Below, piece after piece: positions 19,412 to 28,745 of a stretch of 64,000 nucleotides of DNA (position 1 is the first letter of the stretch; each line of letters begins with the position of its first letter). The DNA comes from an uncultured Planctomycetales bacterium (lineage in GTDB: Bacteria > Omnitrophota > Gorgyraeia > Zapsychrales > JAHFFX01). The stretch is taken from NCBI GenBank assembly GCA_964620805.1, contig CAZUJQ010000002.1:6253-70252 (forward strand), in the 5' to 3' direction. The position numbers were made by a program, and so were the translations under genes. The notes beneath the pieces were generated by a model, which was not told where the DNA came from, did not search any database, and saw only the letters and a program-made list of their open reading frames with translations.

Positions 19412-20305
19412 TCAAGTCCTCACACGCAAGAGCGATTTCCCCAGGTTCATCCATGCCCAAAATGAGAACGGCGCATGGGCGATGGCCTGGCGGTAATTCT
19501 TCTTAGCCCCTGCAAAATCATGGGTCAAAAGAAATTCATCCCCCAAATCCCGATAGATCTTGGCCAGGGCCTTTTGGCGTATCGCTTCTCGGGGCCCGTT
19601 TGCGGGGCAGAATTTGTCAACCACGTAAAGCCGGGCGCGAAGCATCTTTTCCTGATTGCGGCTCATGCTGGAGGCGCTGACCCGGTAGAGCGCCAGGACC
19701 TTGTCAATATAGCGGACTTTGTGCCTTTGAGAAATCCTCAGCCACAGCTCGCGGTCTTCACAACCCAGTCTCGCCAGATTCGGGTCAAACATTCCCACCT
19801 CTTCGCAGCATTTCTTTCTGAATAAAACAGTCGGGCAGGAGATGTGTGCCTTGCGCAGAAAGATGTTCTCAAAAATATATCCCGACAAATGCCGCGCCTG
19901 GCGCCGGGGCGTACTGAGTATTTCTCCTGTCTCGGAAATCCAGGTGATGTTGGCATGCGCGATGCCTGCCGAGGGATCGGCATCCAGGGCCTTCACCGTT
20001 TCTTCCAGGCGGGTCGGCAGCCAAACGTCATCGGCATCCAGTAGCGCCAGAAATTCTCCCCGCGCCTGCCGGATGCCGGTATTCCGCGCGCAGGCCAGCC
20101 CCTGGTTTTCTTGATGGATGTAGCGGATTCTGTCCGCAGGAGCGCTTCTATAACGTTCCACGATTTTTCGTGTATCATCGGTCGAACCATCGTCAATGAC
20201 GATGATTTCCCAATCGGTGTAGGTTTGTTTTAATACACTTTCGATGGCTTGCGCGATCGTGCGTTCACCGTTATAAACTGGCATTAAGATACTGACTTGG
20301 GGCAT
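19412..20305 (-). CDS. GT2 glycosyltransferase
   Basis: VSILMPVYN, DDGSTD, LDADD. Confidence 0.9.
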   Translation of the reverse strand: MPQVSILMPVYNGERTIAQAIESVLKQTYTDWEIIVIDDGSTDDTRKIVERYRSAPADRIRYIHQENQGLACARNTGIRQARGEFLALLDADDVWLPTRLEETVKALDADPSAGIAHANITWISETGEILSTPRRQARHLSGYIFENIFLRKAHISCPTVLFRKKCCEEVGMFDPNLARLGCEDRELWLRISQRHKVRYIDKVLALYRVSASSMSRNQEKMLRARLYVVDKFCPANGPREAIRQKALAKIYRDLGDEFLLTHDFAGAKKNYRQAIAHAPFSFWAWMNLGKSLLRVRT

Positions 20306-20323
20306 TGGCGTTACTCGTAAGTA

Positions 20324-20606
20324 TCATTGCGACCCCGCCGTAGTTTGGCGGGGGAAGCAATCTTTTTACAATTTATCCCATAAATCTCCCCATGTAGAAA
20401 ACGCTGGTATAGGCTTCGTTCTTCTTCGCTCTCAGCCAAAGGCTGATCCGCCTCTGGCAGAAAATGTTCTTGCGTTTGCCCGCCCCGGCTATCGTGACTA
20501 GGCGGGCCAGGGAGCTTCGAAGGAACGATTCCTACGAAGCTCAAACATGAAAGTATTCGAGCGGAGAATAAAAGATTGCTTCGTCGCTTCGCTCCTCGCA
20601 ATGACA
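20324..20606. repeat. Composite nested palindromic repeat cluster
   Basis: Outer TCATTGCGA..GAAGCAATCT / AGATTGCTTCG..TCGCAATGA; inner TAGAAAACGCTGGTATAGGCTTCG (also at 24325) and CAGCCAAAGGCTGATCCGCCTCTGGC. Confidence 0.75.
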
Positions 20607-20636
20607 CATTCCTCGCATGACACATGGAGAATAAGC

Positions 20637-21611
20637 TCAAGCGAGATTGTCTGTTGGGACATCCGCTTTTGTCCATCCCAATTTCCATAAGAGAAACTTG
20701 AGCACATAAAAAAACTGCGCCGCGTAAGGTTTCAGGAAACGGTACGGCAGGGAAAATCTTATTCTCTCTGCCTCTTGCGGCCAGAAGTGTACGCCGATCC
20801 AGGGGAGATTTAAAACCGCGAGAGCGTAACAACGCGCCGCCTTTAGGTACTCCCGTATCCGAGAATAGAACATCCCGAATCGGTAATAATTGACAGCCCG
20901 GAACTTCCTGTATTCCGTCCCCCTCAGACGGCTGCGGATGACCGGTTTATCCAGGATTGTCAAATGGTCTTTGAGGTGAAGGTCCAGGCCTTTGCTGAAG
21001 TTCCCGGGGTGCCTTCGAAACTTTGCCAAAGGGCGATTGGTGTACTCAAAACGGTATTTTGTAGCAATACGGATCCACAAATCGTGATCCTGGTTGGTCA
21101 GAAGACTTTCATCGAAATGGCCCATTTCCTCGGAGACTTTTCGGCGGATGACCACCGTCAAGTGCCACACGAAATTGTCGAAAAGGAGGCTCTTAAACGA
21201 TTGTTCCCGATACCTCCCATCGACCGAGGTTTTGTAAATCTCGCTGTTGGCGTCCATGAAATAGGTTCCCGCACAAACAAAGGCAACGTCAGGATTCTGG
21301 TCCAGAACCGCTACCTGCCGTTCCAGCATGTCGGGCATCAGGGCATCGTCATTGCCGAGGATCACGTAATATTCGCCCTTGGCGTGACGCACGCCGGTAT
21401 TCATCGCCCCCGGTGGCCCCAAATTCTCCTGGTAAATGTACCGAATCCTGTCGCCGTATTTTTTCAAGACCTCAGCGGTATGATCCGTTGAGCCGTCATC
21501 GACAACGATGATTTCATAGTCTAAGAAAGTCTGCGCCAGGACGCTGTCGATCGCCTCACAGATATAATGAGGCCGGTTATACGTTGGTATTATGACGCTG
21601 ACTTTGGGCAT
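20637..21611 (-). CDS. GT2 glycosyltransferase
   Basis: PKVSVIIPTYNR, DDGSTD. Confidence 0.9.
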   Translation of the reverse strand: MPKVSVIIPTYNRPHYICEAIDSVLAQTFLDYEIIVVDDGSTDHTAEVLKKYGDRIRYIYQENLGPPGAMNTGVRHAKGEYYVILGNDDALMPDMLERQVAVLDQNPDVAFVCAGTYFMDANSEIYKTSVDGRYREQSFKSLLFDNFVWHLTVVIRRKVSEEMGHFDESLLTNQDHDLWIRIATKYRFEYTNRPLAKFRRHPGNFSKGLDLHLKDHLTILDKPVIRSRLRGTEYRKFRAVNYYRFGMFYSRIREYLKAARCYALAVLNLPWIGVHFWPQEAERIRFSLPYRFLKPYAAQFFYVLKFLLWKLGWTKADVPTDNLA

Positions 21612-21635
21612 GGGGCGATCACTCACTTTGAATAT

Positions 21636-21801
21636 AAGTTGCCGATGTTTCCAAGGTTTCCGAGGTTGCCAAGGTTACCCTATTCATCTGACATCCTTTA
21701 AGGTTGATTGAGGTTATCTATGAGGGAAACCTCACGTAACTTTAGGCAACCTCTAAGAGGCAACCTTGGTAACTTTGGCAACATAGGAAACATCGGCAAC
21801 C
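21636..21801. repeat. Family A palindromic element
   Basis: GTTGCCGATGTTTCC ... GGAAACATCGGCAAC termini pair perfectly. Confidence 0.9.
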
Positions 21802-21820
21802 TGATTGTCGGCTTCTTTTA

Positions 21821-23062
21821 TTAGACGCCGCCCCCAAACGCCTTGATGGCCTCCTGATAAGCCTTAAGCGATTCTTCCACTAATTTTTGATAGGAATAGG
21901 CTGTCCGGACCTTCTTTAACCCGTTGGCAGCCAGTTTAAGGCGTAACGCCTCATCTTGCAAGAGACGCAGGATGGCCTTCGCCAGCATCATAGCGTCCCC
22001 GGGATTAACCAGCAGGCCGTCTTTTTCGTGATGAATCAATTCTTTTAAACCTCCAGCGGTGGAAGCGATGAGGGCGCACCCCGAGGCCATCGCCTCCAGG
22101 GCGCTTAAGGGCAAACCCTCATCGTAAGAAGGCATGATCAGGATGGAACTTTTTCTTAACCAAATTTTAAGCTGATCCGGTGGCAATGTCCCCAGATATT
22201 CAAAATTTTTTGCTCCTATGGCTTCCCGCAGCATTTGACTGTTTTTCTTTCCATCAGAGGAGAAGGCATCAGCGCCCGCGACCGCCAATTGGACGTCAGG
22301 GAATTCTTTAATGACCAGGGGCAGGGCTTGGGCCATCACATCAATGCCTTTTCTTGGAATCAATCGACCGGCAAACAGGATCTGGCAAGGATCTTTTTTT
22401 CCATTGGGAGAGAAAATTTGACTATCAACCGCGTTATAAATGGTCTTGATATTCCGATTAATCCTCCAGACCTGCTTTACGAAATCCGCCGTATCCCTAG
22501 AGACCGCCGCCAAGCCATCCGCCTTAAGCAGGGTGTCCCGCTGCATGGCCCAAGAGATTCGCTCCTTTAAGCTCAAGGTGGTTGAAATGGGGTCACACCC
22601 CATTTCCCTGCCTAACGTTTCCTGGGTTGGAAATGGGGTTGGAAATGGGGTGTGACCCCATTTCCTAGACCATCCGTGCAGGCGAAAAAAGACCGGAAGG
22701 CGATTGTGGCGCCGGGCGTAAATAAACCCTTGCCGGAAATAATCGAAAGTTTCCACGATATCCAGGGCATATTCCGCTTGGACGGACTCGATTTTCTTCG
22801 CCACGGCTTTCGAATACCGCAAATCATTCAAGGGAAGAAACCGCTCAATCTTCCAGACCCCCGGGAAGAGATCGTCATCAAAGGGGACGTGGTGAACAAA
22901 AATATTTTGTCCCAATCGGCCGCGGTTTAAATCCCCTTCGTCCTGGCAAAGGATATGGACGGAGTGCCCCGCCTCACTCAAGGCCCTGGCATAATGGGCC
23001 GTGAAGGTCTCGATCCCGCCGGAATCTTGGTGAAAATTTCGACACAAAAGACAGATGTTCAT
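21821..23062 (-). CDS. GT4 glycosyltransferase
   Basis: GGIETF, FAGRL..RKG, EGLPLSALEAMA; GGAG RBS before ATG 23062. Confidence 0.9.
   Translation of the reverse strand: MNICLLCRNFHQDSGGIETFTAHYARALSEAGHSVHILCQDEGDLNRGRLGQNIFVHHVPFDDDLFPGVWKIERFLPLNDLRYSKAVAKKIESVQAEYALDIVETFDYFRQGFIYARRHNRLPVFFRLHGWSRKWGHTPFPTPFPTQETLGREMGCDPISTTLSLKERISWAMQRDTLLKADGLAAVSRDTADFVKQVWRINRNIKTIYNAVDSQIFSPNGKKDPCQILFAGRLIPRKGIDVMAQALPLVIKEFPDVQLAVAGADAFSSDGKKNSQMLREAIGAKNFEYLGTLPPDQLKIWLRKSSILIMPSYDEGLPLSALEAMASGCALIASTAGGLKELIHHEKDGLLVNPGDAMMLAKAILRLLQDEALRLKLAANGLKKVRTAYSYQKLVEESLKAYQEAIKAFGGGV
22584..22665. repeat. In-frame REP-like double palindrome (family B)
   Basis: Same AAATGGGGTCACACCCCATTT / AAATGGGGTGTGACCCCATTT pair as at 14906. 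Confidence 0.85.
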
Positions 23063-23081
23063 CGGACTCCCCATCTCTCTC

Positions 23082-24230
23082 TTACTCAAGGGATTCAATC
23101 AAACCGGGAAGACCCGTAAATGTGACCTGAGTCCCTGCGTATTTCCTAGAGAACGTTCTATCTACATCCTGGGCCACAACAAAAACTTTGGCTTCAGGAT
23201 ATTGATAAAGAAAGGCCTCTAAGTTGTGACCGTCAAATTGATTAGCTTTCCATTTACATTCTATGGCAATAGGGCTAATGACCTTTCCCTTATTAGGAAT
23301 CACAAAGTCTATCTCGTGGCCTCGCTTGTCACGCCAGTAATGAATCTGGCGCTTATAAAGCTTCGCTAGAATTTCATTAAGAACATAATGTTCCCACAAA
23401 ATCCCCAAGTCCTGTTCCCGTAATTCGTACCATCCGCGGTAATAACAGACAAATCCTGTATCAAATCCATACACCTTGGGAGCTGAAATAATCTCGGTGG
23501 GACGATGAGAACTAAAAGGATGAACAATGTGAGCTACAAATGTCATCTCCAGAACCTTAAGATAATTGGTAATCGTGGTCCGACTCACCTCACAGGGAGC
23601 CGTAAATCGTGTGGCTTCAAAAATGCTCCCGCTTTGGGCCATAATCAATTCGATAAATTTTTGAAAAGAATACTTTCGCTCCAACCGAAACAATTCTTGA
23701 ATGTCCTTAGCCCAGTAAGCATCCATCCATTCCTGAAAATCAGCTTCTGGAAACTCCTTGGATAAAAGAAACGGTGGTAACCCCCCTCTTAATAAGCGAA
23801 ACTTGAAATCCTTGATTTCGAAATCCATCAGATCTTCATTAATAGCTGGAGCCAACCATATTTCCTTCTTTCTTCCTGACAACGTGTCTTTAAATTTTGA
23901 AGACGCGCCCAGAGTCGAGGAACCTGTGGCCAGAATTTTGATTCCCGGATAATGATCGGCAGCGATCTTAAGAAGCTGGGCTGGATTCTCATGCCGGTGA
24001 ATCTCATCCAACACAATACGCTCCCCCTTATTCTTAAAACTTTCCAGGAATTCTTCCGGATCTTCCATGAGGCGGCGTACCCGAGGCAACTCGCAATCGA
24101 AATATTCAACGGTATCCAAACTTTTAGACAAATACGTCTTGCCTACACGTCGGACTCCGGAAAGCCAAATCACTGAGCGCGTTTGCCATGACTTTTCTAT
24201 CTCTTTGACCCAGTAGTTTCTTTTTACCAT
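23082..24230 (-). CDS. AAA+ ATPase with DUF4143 / PD-(D/E)XK-like C-terminus
   Basis: GVRRVGKT Walker A, LDEIH Walker B, TGSS, KVYGFDTG, EIDF..AIECK. Confidence 0.9.
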   Translation of the reverse strand: MVKRNYWVKEIEKSWQTRSVIWLSGVRRVGKTYLSKSLDTVEYFDCELPRVRRLMEDPEEFLESFKNKGERIVLDEIHRHENPAQLLKIAADHYPGIKILATGSSTLGASSKFKDTLSGRKKEIWLAPAINEDLMDFEIKDFKFRLLRGGLPPFLLSKEFPEADFQEWMDAYWAKDIQELFRLERKYSFQKFIELIMAQSGSIFEATRFTAPCEVSRTTITNYLKVLEMTFVAHIVHPFSSHRPTEIISAPKVYGFDTGFVCYYRGWYELREQDLGILWEHYVLNEILAKLYKRQIHYWRDKRGHEIDFVIPNKGKVISPIAIECKWKANQFDGHNLEAFLYQYPEAKVFVVAQDVDRTFSRKYAGTQVTFTGLPGLIESLE

Positions 24231-24237
24231 TTGTATA

Positions 24238-24272
24238 TATAATATCATTTAGTAGCACTAAATGATATTATA
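24238..24272. promoter_or_regulatory. Perfect 16-bp inverted repeat, putative operator
   Basis: TATAATATCATTTAGT-AGC-ACTAAATGATATTATA, 7 bp upstream of the ATPase ATG. Confidence 0.6.
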
Positions 24273-24395
24273 AATTTTTGTCGTATTTCCCCAGGAAGTT
24301 TCCTATTTTCCTACGTCTTAGTAATAGAAAACGCTGGTATAGGCTTCGGAGAATTATTCCTACGAGAATATTCTACGAAGCATATACTATCGTTT

Positions 24396-24545
24396 CTATT
24401 GCTTATGCGAAGTAGAATAAAGAGGAACCAAGATAATATCTATGGTGTGCCCGCTCAGAGCCAAGGCTTTAGCCATTTCACAGGTGAAGGTTTCAATCCC
24501 TCCCGAATCTTTATGAAAATTTCGGCATAAAAGGCAGATGTTCAT
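24396..24545 (-). pseudogene. Truncated duplicate of the GT4 N-terminus
   Basis: MNICLLCRNFHKDSGGIETFTCEMAKALALSGHTIDII vs MNICLLCRNFHQDSGGIETFTAHYARALSEAGHSVHIL at 23062; stops after 49 aa. Confidence 0.8.
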
Positions 24546-24579
24546 GGGGCTCCTAGTATTTTCACTTTAGTTCCAATAT

Positions 24580-25150
24580 AAAGTTTCCGATGTTTCCAAA
24601 GTTTCCGAGGTTTCCAATGTTACCTCATTGATTCGAGATGCTTTAAGGTTGCTTAACGTTGTTTCAGGTTAAATTTCATTCTTTCCGGGTGTTGTCCATT
24701 TACCTTTATTGGACGACTTGTTCATGGACTTAAGGTATTGATTACTCATGTAAAGAGCGCTTTTACATAGTTTGGTCAATTGATCGTGTTCTTGAGGATT
24801 GATTAGCTTATCTTCCAAGCAATCATCAATATCTCCGCTTAATTCTTCCAAGGATCCTTGGCTTATGCGTATGGCCTTCAGAAACTCGGCTAAACTTCCT
24901 CGGCTGTAGCCCTCCCTGATATTCTGCTTTGCTGAGCGCGTCGCGCTTCTCATCTCACTGACAAGTCTAATATGGCTTTTTTCAAATCGTGTTATGATAG
25001 CCGCAACTAACTTGCGAAGCTCGCATATGTCTTGATAAAATTTGAGCTTTTCGTATGGTCTTGCTGGCATCTGCAACCTCACATAACTTCTTTGCAACCT
25101 CCAAGAGGCAACCTCGGTAACTTCGGCAACATGGGCAACATCGGCAACCT
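24580..25150. mobile_element. Family A element filled with a four-helix-bundle gene
   Basis: Left arm and core at 24580-24670, right arm at 25072-25150, ORF between them. Confidence 0.7.
24669..25070 (-). CDS. Four-helix-bundle protein (23S rRNA IVS protein / Avd-like family)
   Basis: YEKLKFYQ...SEMRSATRSAKQNIREGY..EFL..IRISQGSLEEL; GAGG RBS supplied by the repeat arm. Confidence 0.85.
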   Translation of the reverse strand: MPARPYEKLKFYQDICELRKLVAAIITRFEKSHIRLVSEMRSATRSAKQNIREGYSRGSLAEFLKAIRISQGSLEELSGDIDDCLEDKLINPQEHDQLTKLCKSALYMSNQYLKSMNKSSNKGKWTTPGKNEI

Positions 25151-25204
25151 CCTTTTACAGGCTCCTCATATATTCATGAATATTTAAGGCATAGGGCTAA
25201 ATAA

Positions 25205-26506
25205 TCAATAACATGAACTGCCCTTGGGGTCAGGGTGAATATGTTTGAACGCTAGCGTTTCCCTCTCTTTGTGTTGGATTTTCCACTGAGTTTTAGGGCG
25301 AAAAACCACCTCCGTAAACTTTTCATTTAAATTCGCTTCCACCTGGAATATATCTTTTTTGCGGATAAGAAAAGGATGCATCAGGTCCTTATCCCAGATG
25401 CCAAAGCGGACGAGATAAATCCCCGGAGACAACGGGGAATCCAAAAGCTGGACATCCACACTTCCCCGCCCTTGGAGGGAGTCCGTGGTGATCCCCATCT
25501 CCCGCGTATGGGAGCCGCAGCAGATCACGCCGTCCCGGCGGACAATCTCGATCGAAAAAATGGGTGTCGGGATCGTTTCCTTCGCTAAGAATTCGACATG
25601 GATGAAGAGGGAATCGTCGAACTGAAAGCTATCGGTCGCCTTGCCATCTCCTTTATGGAGCAGAGAGTTTAGGATTTCAATCGGTTCCTGAGTCGCCACC
25701 TTGACCTTTTCCGATTTTGAAATCGTTCTTCTCAATTCTTCTTCATGCTCGTGCAAGACCAGATTCTCATAGCTGGGAATGATCTCATCCGCGGGGCCCT
25801 CTTTGAGGATTTCGCCTTTGTTGAGTAAAAAAACCCGTTGGCACAAACTCTGGATCAATTCCATGTTATGGGAAACCAAAAGGATCGTGGTTCCGGATTT
25901 AAGGAGTTCCCTCATTTTTTGAGCACACTTGGATTGGAAGGCCAAATCTCCAACGGCCAAGACTTCATCCACCAAGAGAACGTCGGGATGAATATGGGCG
26001 GCCACGGAAAACCCCAGGCGCGAATACATCCCCGAGGAGTATCGTTTGATGGGGGTATCGATAAATTCCCTGAGACCCGAGAATTCCACGATCTGCTCCA
26101 ATCTCTCATCAATCTCCCGGCGTTTCATCCCTAGGATGGTCCCATTGAGATAGATGTTCTCTCGTCCTGTCAATTCAGGATGAAATCCTGCCGTGACTTC
26201 AATCAGGGCGGAGAGCCGTCCTTGGATCTTCATCGTCCCTTGGGTAGGATGCATGATTCTGGACAAAAGCTTAAGGATGGTGCTTTTGCCGGCGCCATTG
26301 GGGCCGATAAAGCCCACCACATCGCCCGGCTTCATGGTAAAGCTCACATCCTTAAGGGCCCAGAACTCCTTCTCCTTAAGGGTCCCGTTGGTTATTCCTT
26401 TTTTGCTCAGCGTTCGGATGAGATTGGGGATGCTGTCTCTTAAGGAATTGAATTTTTCTCCTCTTTGAAACTTCTTCCAGATATGGTGGAATTCGATGGG
26501 ATTCAT
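25205..26506 (-). CDS. wzt: Polysaccharide ABC transporter ATPase with Wzt C-terminal domain
   Basis: GPNGAGKST, YSSGMYSRLGFS, DEVLAVGD. Confidence 0.9.
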   Translation of the reverse strand: MNPIEFHHIWKKFQRGEKFNSLRDSIPNLIRTLSKKGITNGTLKEKEFWALKDVSFTMKPGDVVGFIGPNGAGKSTILKLLSRIMHPTQGTMKIQGRLSALIEVTAGFHPELTGRENIYLNGTILGMKRREIDERLEQIVEFSGLREFIDTPIKRYSSGMYSRLGFSVAAHIHPDVLLVDEVLAVGDLAFQSKCAQKMRELLKSGTTILLVSHNMELIQSLCQRVFLLNKGEILKEGPADEIIPSYENLVLHEHEEELRRTISKSEKVKVATQEPIEILNSLLHKGDGKATDSFQFDDSLFIHVEFLAKETIPTPIFSIEIVRRDGVICCGSHTREMGITTDSLQGRGSVDVQLLDSPLSPGIYLVRFGIWDKDLMHPFLIRKKDIFQVEANLNEKFTEVVFRPKTQWKIQHKERETLAFKHIHPDPKGSSCY

Positions 26507-26635
26507 GGATTGGTTTCCTTTAAAAATTTAAAGCCTGGAAAGCATAGACAACTTTTTATTATATTTGACAATGTCCTGCCCTCTGTTTTATACTTTTTTC
26601 GTTGGGAATGACTCTCTTTTTTATTATTAACCGAA

Positions 26636-26778
26636 CTTGAGTTTGGCAAATTTTCGAATTTGTCGTCGGAAAAGTCTCTCGGATCGCAAAAACAGGTTTT
26701 CGATACCACAAAATTGCTTTCTCGACGAGAACTACCTGAAAATACGGCCCAAAAGCCCGAAAAAGTGCCAAACTCAAG
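26636..26778. mobile_element. MITE-like element, 143 bp (identical copy at 59592-59734)
   Basis: 13-bp TIR CTTGAGTTTGGCA / TGCCAAACTCAAG; 7-bp direct repeat AACCGAA on both sides. Confidence 0.85.
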
Positions 26779-26801
26779 AACCGAATAAACAAGGAAGCGC
26801 C

Positions 26802-27014
26802 ATGACTGTTAAAAACATCGAACGGAATATTCTTAAGCTAAACCCCCTTGAACGCATCCGCCTTATCGAAAGCCTCATATCGAGTCTGAACAAACCTGAC
26901 CCTGCCATTGAACGCGCTTGGGCCACGGAATCCGACAAACGTCTTATGGCATATAAAAAAGGATCTGTCAAAGGCATCGCTTGGGAAATTGTCAGAAAAC
27001 GCTTTGTCAAATGA
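26802..27014 (+). CDS. Putative addiction module antitoxin
   Basis: MTVKNIERNILKLNPLERIRLIESLISSL...IERAW..E...R; ATGA overlap with the toxin gene. Confidence 0.8.
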   Translation: MTVKNIERNILKLNPLERIRLIESLISSLNKPDPAIERAWATESDKRLMAYKKGSVKGIAWEIVRKRFVK

Positions 27015-27295
27015 AAATAGAATTCCTTCCCGTGGCTCAACAAGAGCTGATGGAAGCGGTTGAATTTTACGAAAATCAACTTAACGGCCTCGGCGTTCTC
27101 TTTTACAAAGAAATTTCTGAAGCCATCGAGCTTATACGAATTTTCCCTGAAGGCTGGCAACGGATTACTAAATTGAGCCGCAAATGTTGTCTGCATAAAT
27201 TCCCTTACATGATCCTTTATGGGATCGTTGACAATGTCATCGTTATTTCTTCCATCACCCACCAGCACCGGCACCCCGAATCCTATCTTCGCTGA
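27011..27295 (+). CDS. RelE/ParE family toxin
   Basis: MKIEFLPVAQQELMEAVEFYE...KFPYMILY...HQHRHPESY. Confidence 0.85.
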   Translation: MKIEFLPVAQQELMEAVEFYENQLNGLGVLFYKEISEAIELIRIFPEGWQRITKLSRKCCLHKFPYMILYGIVDNVIVISSITHQHRHPESYLR

Positions 27296-27336
27296 ACCTG
27301 CAGTTGACATCTTTTGAGAAACGTTGGCAACTTCTT

Positions 27337-28122
27337 TTAGATATTCTCCGCAAATTCCGGTTCTTTGCGATGGAACAAATAAAGGCCGAGAATGAATACT
27401 CCAATAGAGCAAAGACCGGCGTAGGTTAACCAGAAGGGATCCGGGACTTCCTTAAGAACAACAACCCTGTTGACAGATTCCAGAATACTTCCGATCGGAT
27501 TGAGCAGGAGGAGGATTTTCCAATTCCCGAAATGGCTGGCTTCATAATAGACAGGGGTAAAGAAAATGCCGTACATAAGGACAATCTCCACAATATACTT
27601 GACATCCCGATAAAAAAGGTTGGCCGCTGAAAGAAGAAGCCCTAATCCGGCGGTCAATAAAATGAGAAACACTGCAAGGACCAGAAGCCACAAGAGATAA
27701 AGGCTTATGCCCAGCTTCACGATCGTCAGAATCACCACAACCACTCCCGTGGCCACAACGAAATCAAAGAAGCACGCCGCAACCGAAGCCAAAGGCAGAA
27801 CCGCCTTGGGAAAATAGATCTTGGTCACCAGCATGCTGTTTCCCACCAGGCTCTGCATGCTAAAACGCAGAGAGCTAATGAAAAACATCCAAGGCAGAAC
27901 CTTGACGGAGATGGAGGCCAGATCGATCATCGCGATCCGCTCGCCGGCAACAACCGCCATGGCCTTCTTGATCAGGATCCCAGCGGCCACGGCCACAAAC
28001 GGCATAAAAATCGCCCAGAGAAATCCCATGGCGGCCTGCTTGTAACGGATACGGATGTCCCTGACCGTTAACATATATAAGAGATCCCGATATCGGAAAA
28101 TTTCAAGAATGGCGTTTTTCAT
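27337..28122 (-). CDS. wzm: Polysaccharide ABC transporter permease
   Basis: RDIRIRYKQAAMGFLW, KIYFPK, YRDVKYI, LNPI. Confidence 0.9.
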   Translation of the reverse strand: MKNAILEIFRYRDLLYMLTVRDIRIRYKQAAMGFLWAIFMPFVAVAAGILIKKAMAVVAGERIAMIDLASISVKVLPWMFFISSLRFSMQSLVGNSMLVTKIYFPKAVLPLASVAACFFDFVVATGVVVVILTIVKLGISLYLLWLLVLAVFLILLTAGLGLLLSAANLFYRDVKYIVEIVLMYGIFFTPVYYEASHFGNWKILLLLNPIGSILESVNRVVVLKEVPDPFWLTYAGLCSIGVFILGLYLFHRKEPEFAENI

Positions 28123-28222
28123 GTTCTGCTCAATTCTATCCTTTTATATAGCCTTGCATTGAGAAAGATACATCCGACTGACCAAGTACCGTTGAAGCAT
28201 GAGATAAATCATGTAGCTTTAT

Positions 28223-28418
28223 CTCGACTTTAGACATTTTTGAGCCCCTTAATAAGGCTAGCTCTCATCGAGTGGGTATTTTTAAAAATGAATTTTTGCA
28301 TCTTTGGGATCTAATCAAATGGCTTGGGACATTAAAAAATCCGGCAACTCTGATATGGCCTCGATGAGGCAAACTTTTTAAGAGGCTCCAAAAGCCCCGA
28401 AAAATGTCTAAAGTCGAG
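28223..28418. mobile_element. MITE-like element, 196 bp
   Basis: Perfect 18-bp TIR CTCGACTTTAGACATTTT; 5-bp direct repeat TTTAT on both sides. Confidence 0.7.
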
Positions 28419-28437
28419 TTTATAATATGCAAGATAA

Positions 28438-28690
28438 GCACTCTCCCGACTGTGTCGGGAGAGTGCACACTAGACCCCGTCGCTTTACTTCGTCCCGTGA
28501 AAGGCTTTGCCTTTCACGGGATTAAATCCCTGAAATCGCGAAGCGATTTCAGGGGACAAAGCGAATCACAGGGGTCACATTGGAATCTCCTGCCTGGGCT
28601 TATCTTTTCCCCCGCGCTTTGTCCCGATGTTACATCGGGACAGCGGGGAATCGGAATTTCGCTTTTGAAATTCCGATGTGACAAGCCTAT
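28438..28690. repeat. Dense nested hairpin cluster
   Basis: At least five near-perfect hairpins plus long-range stems GACCCC/GGGGTC and GTCACAT/ATGTGAC. Confidence 0.65.
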
Positions 28691-28745
28691 ATAGTAAACC
28701 CCGTAAAGAGGTAAAGGATATGTCCATGGTCATTGAGATAGCGGA

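Noticed and set aside
20311-20832. 173-aa ORF
   Set aside because: Read-through of palindromic repeats (SLRGAKRRSNL, PEADQPLAE) and overlaps a GT2
24669-25070. Diversity-generating retroelement (Avd)
   Set aside because: No reverse transcriptase and no TR/VR pair with A-specific mismatches seen; the gene-end duplicates differ at all base types
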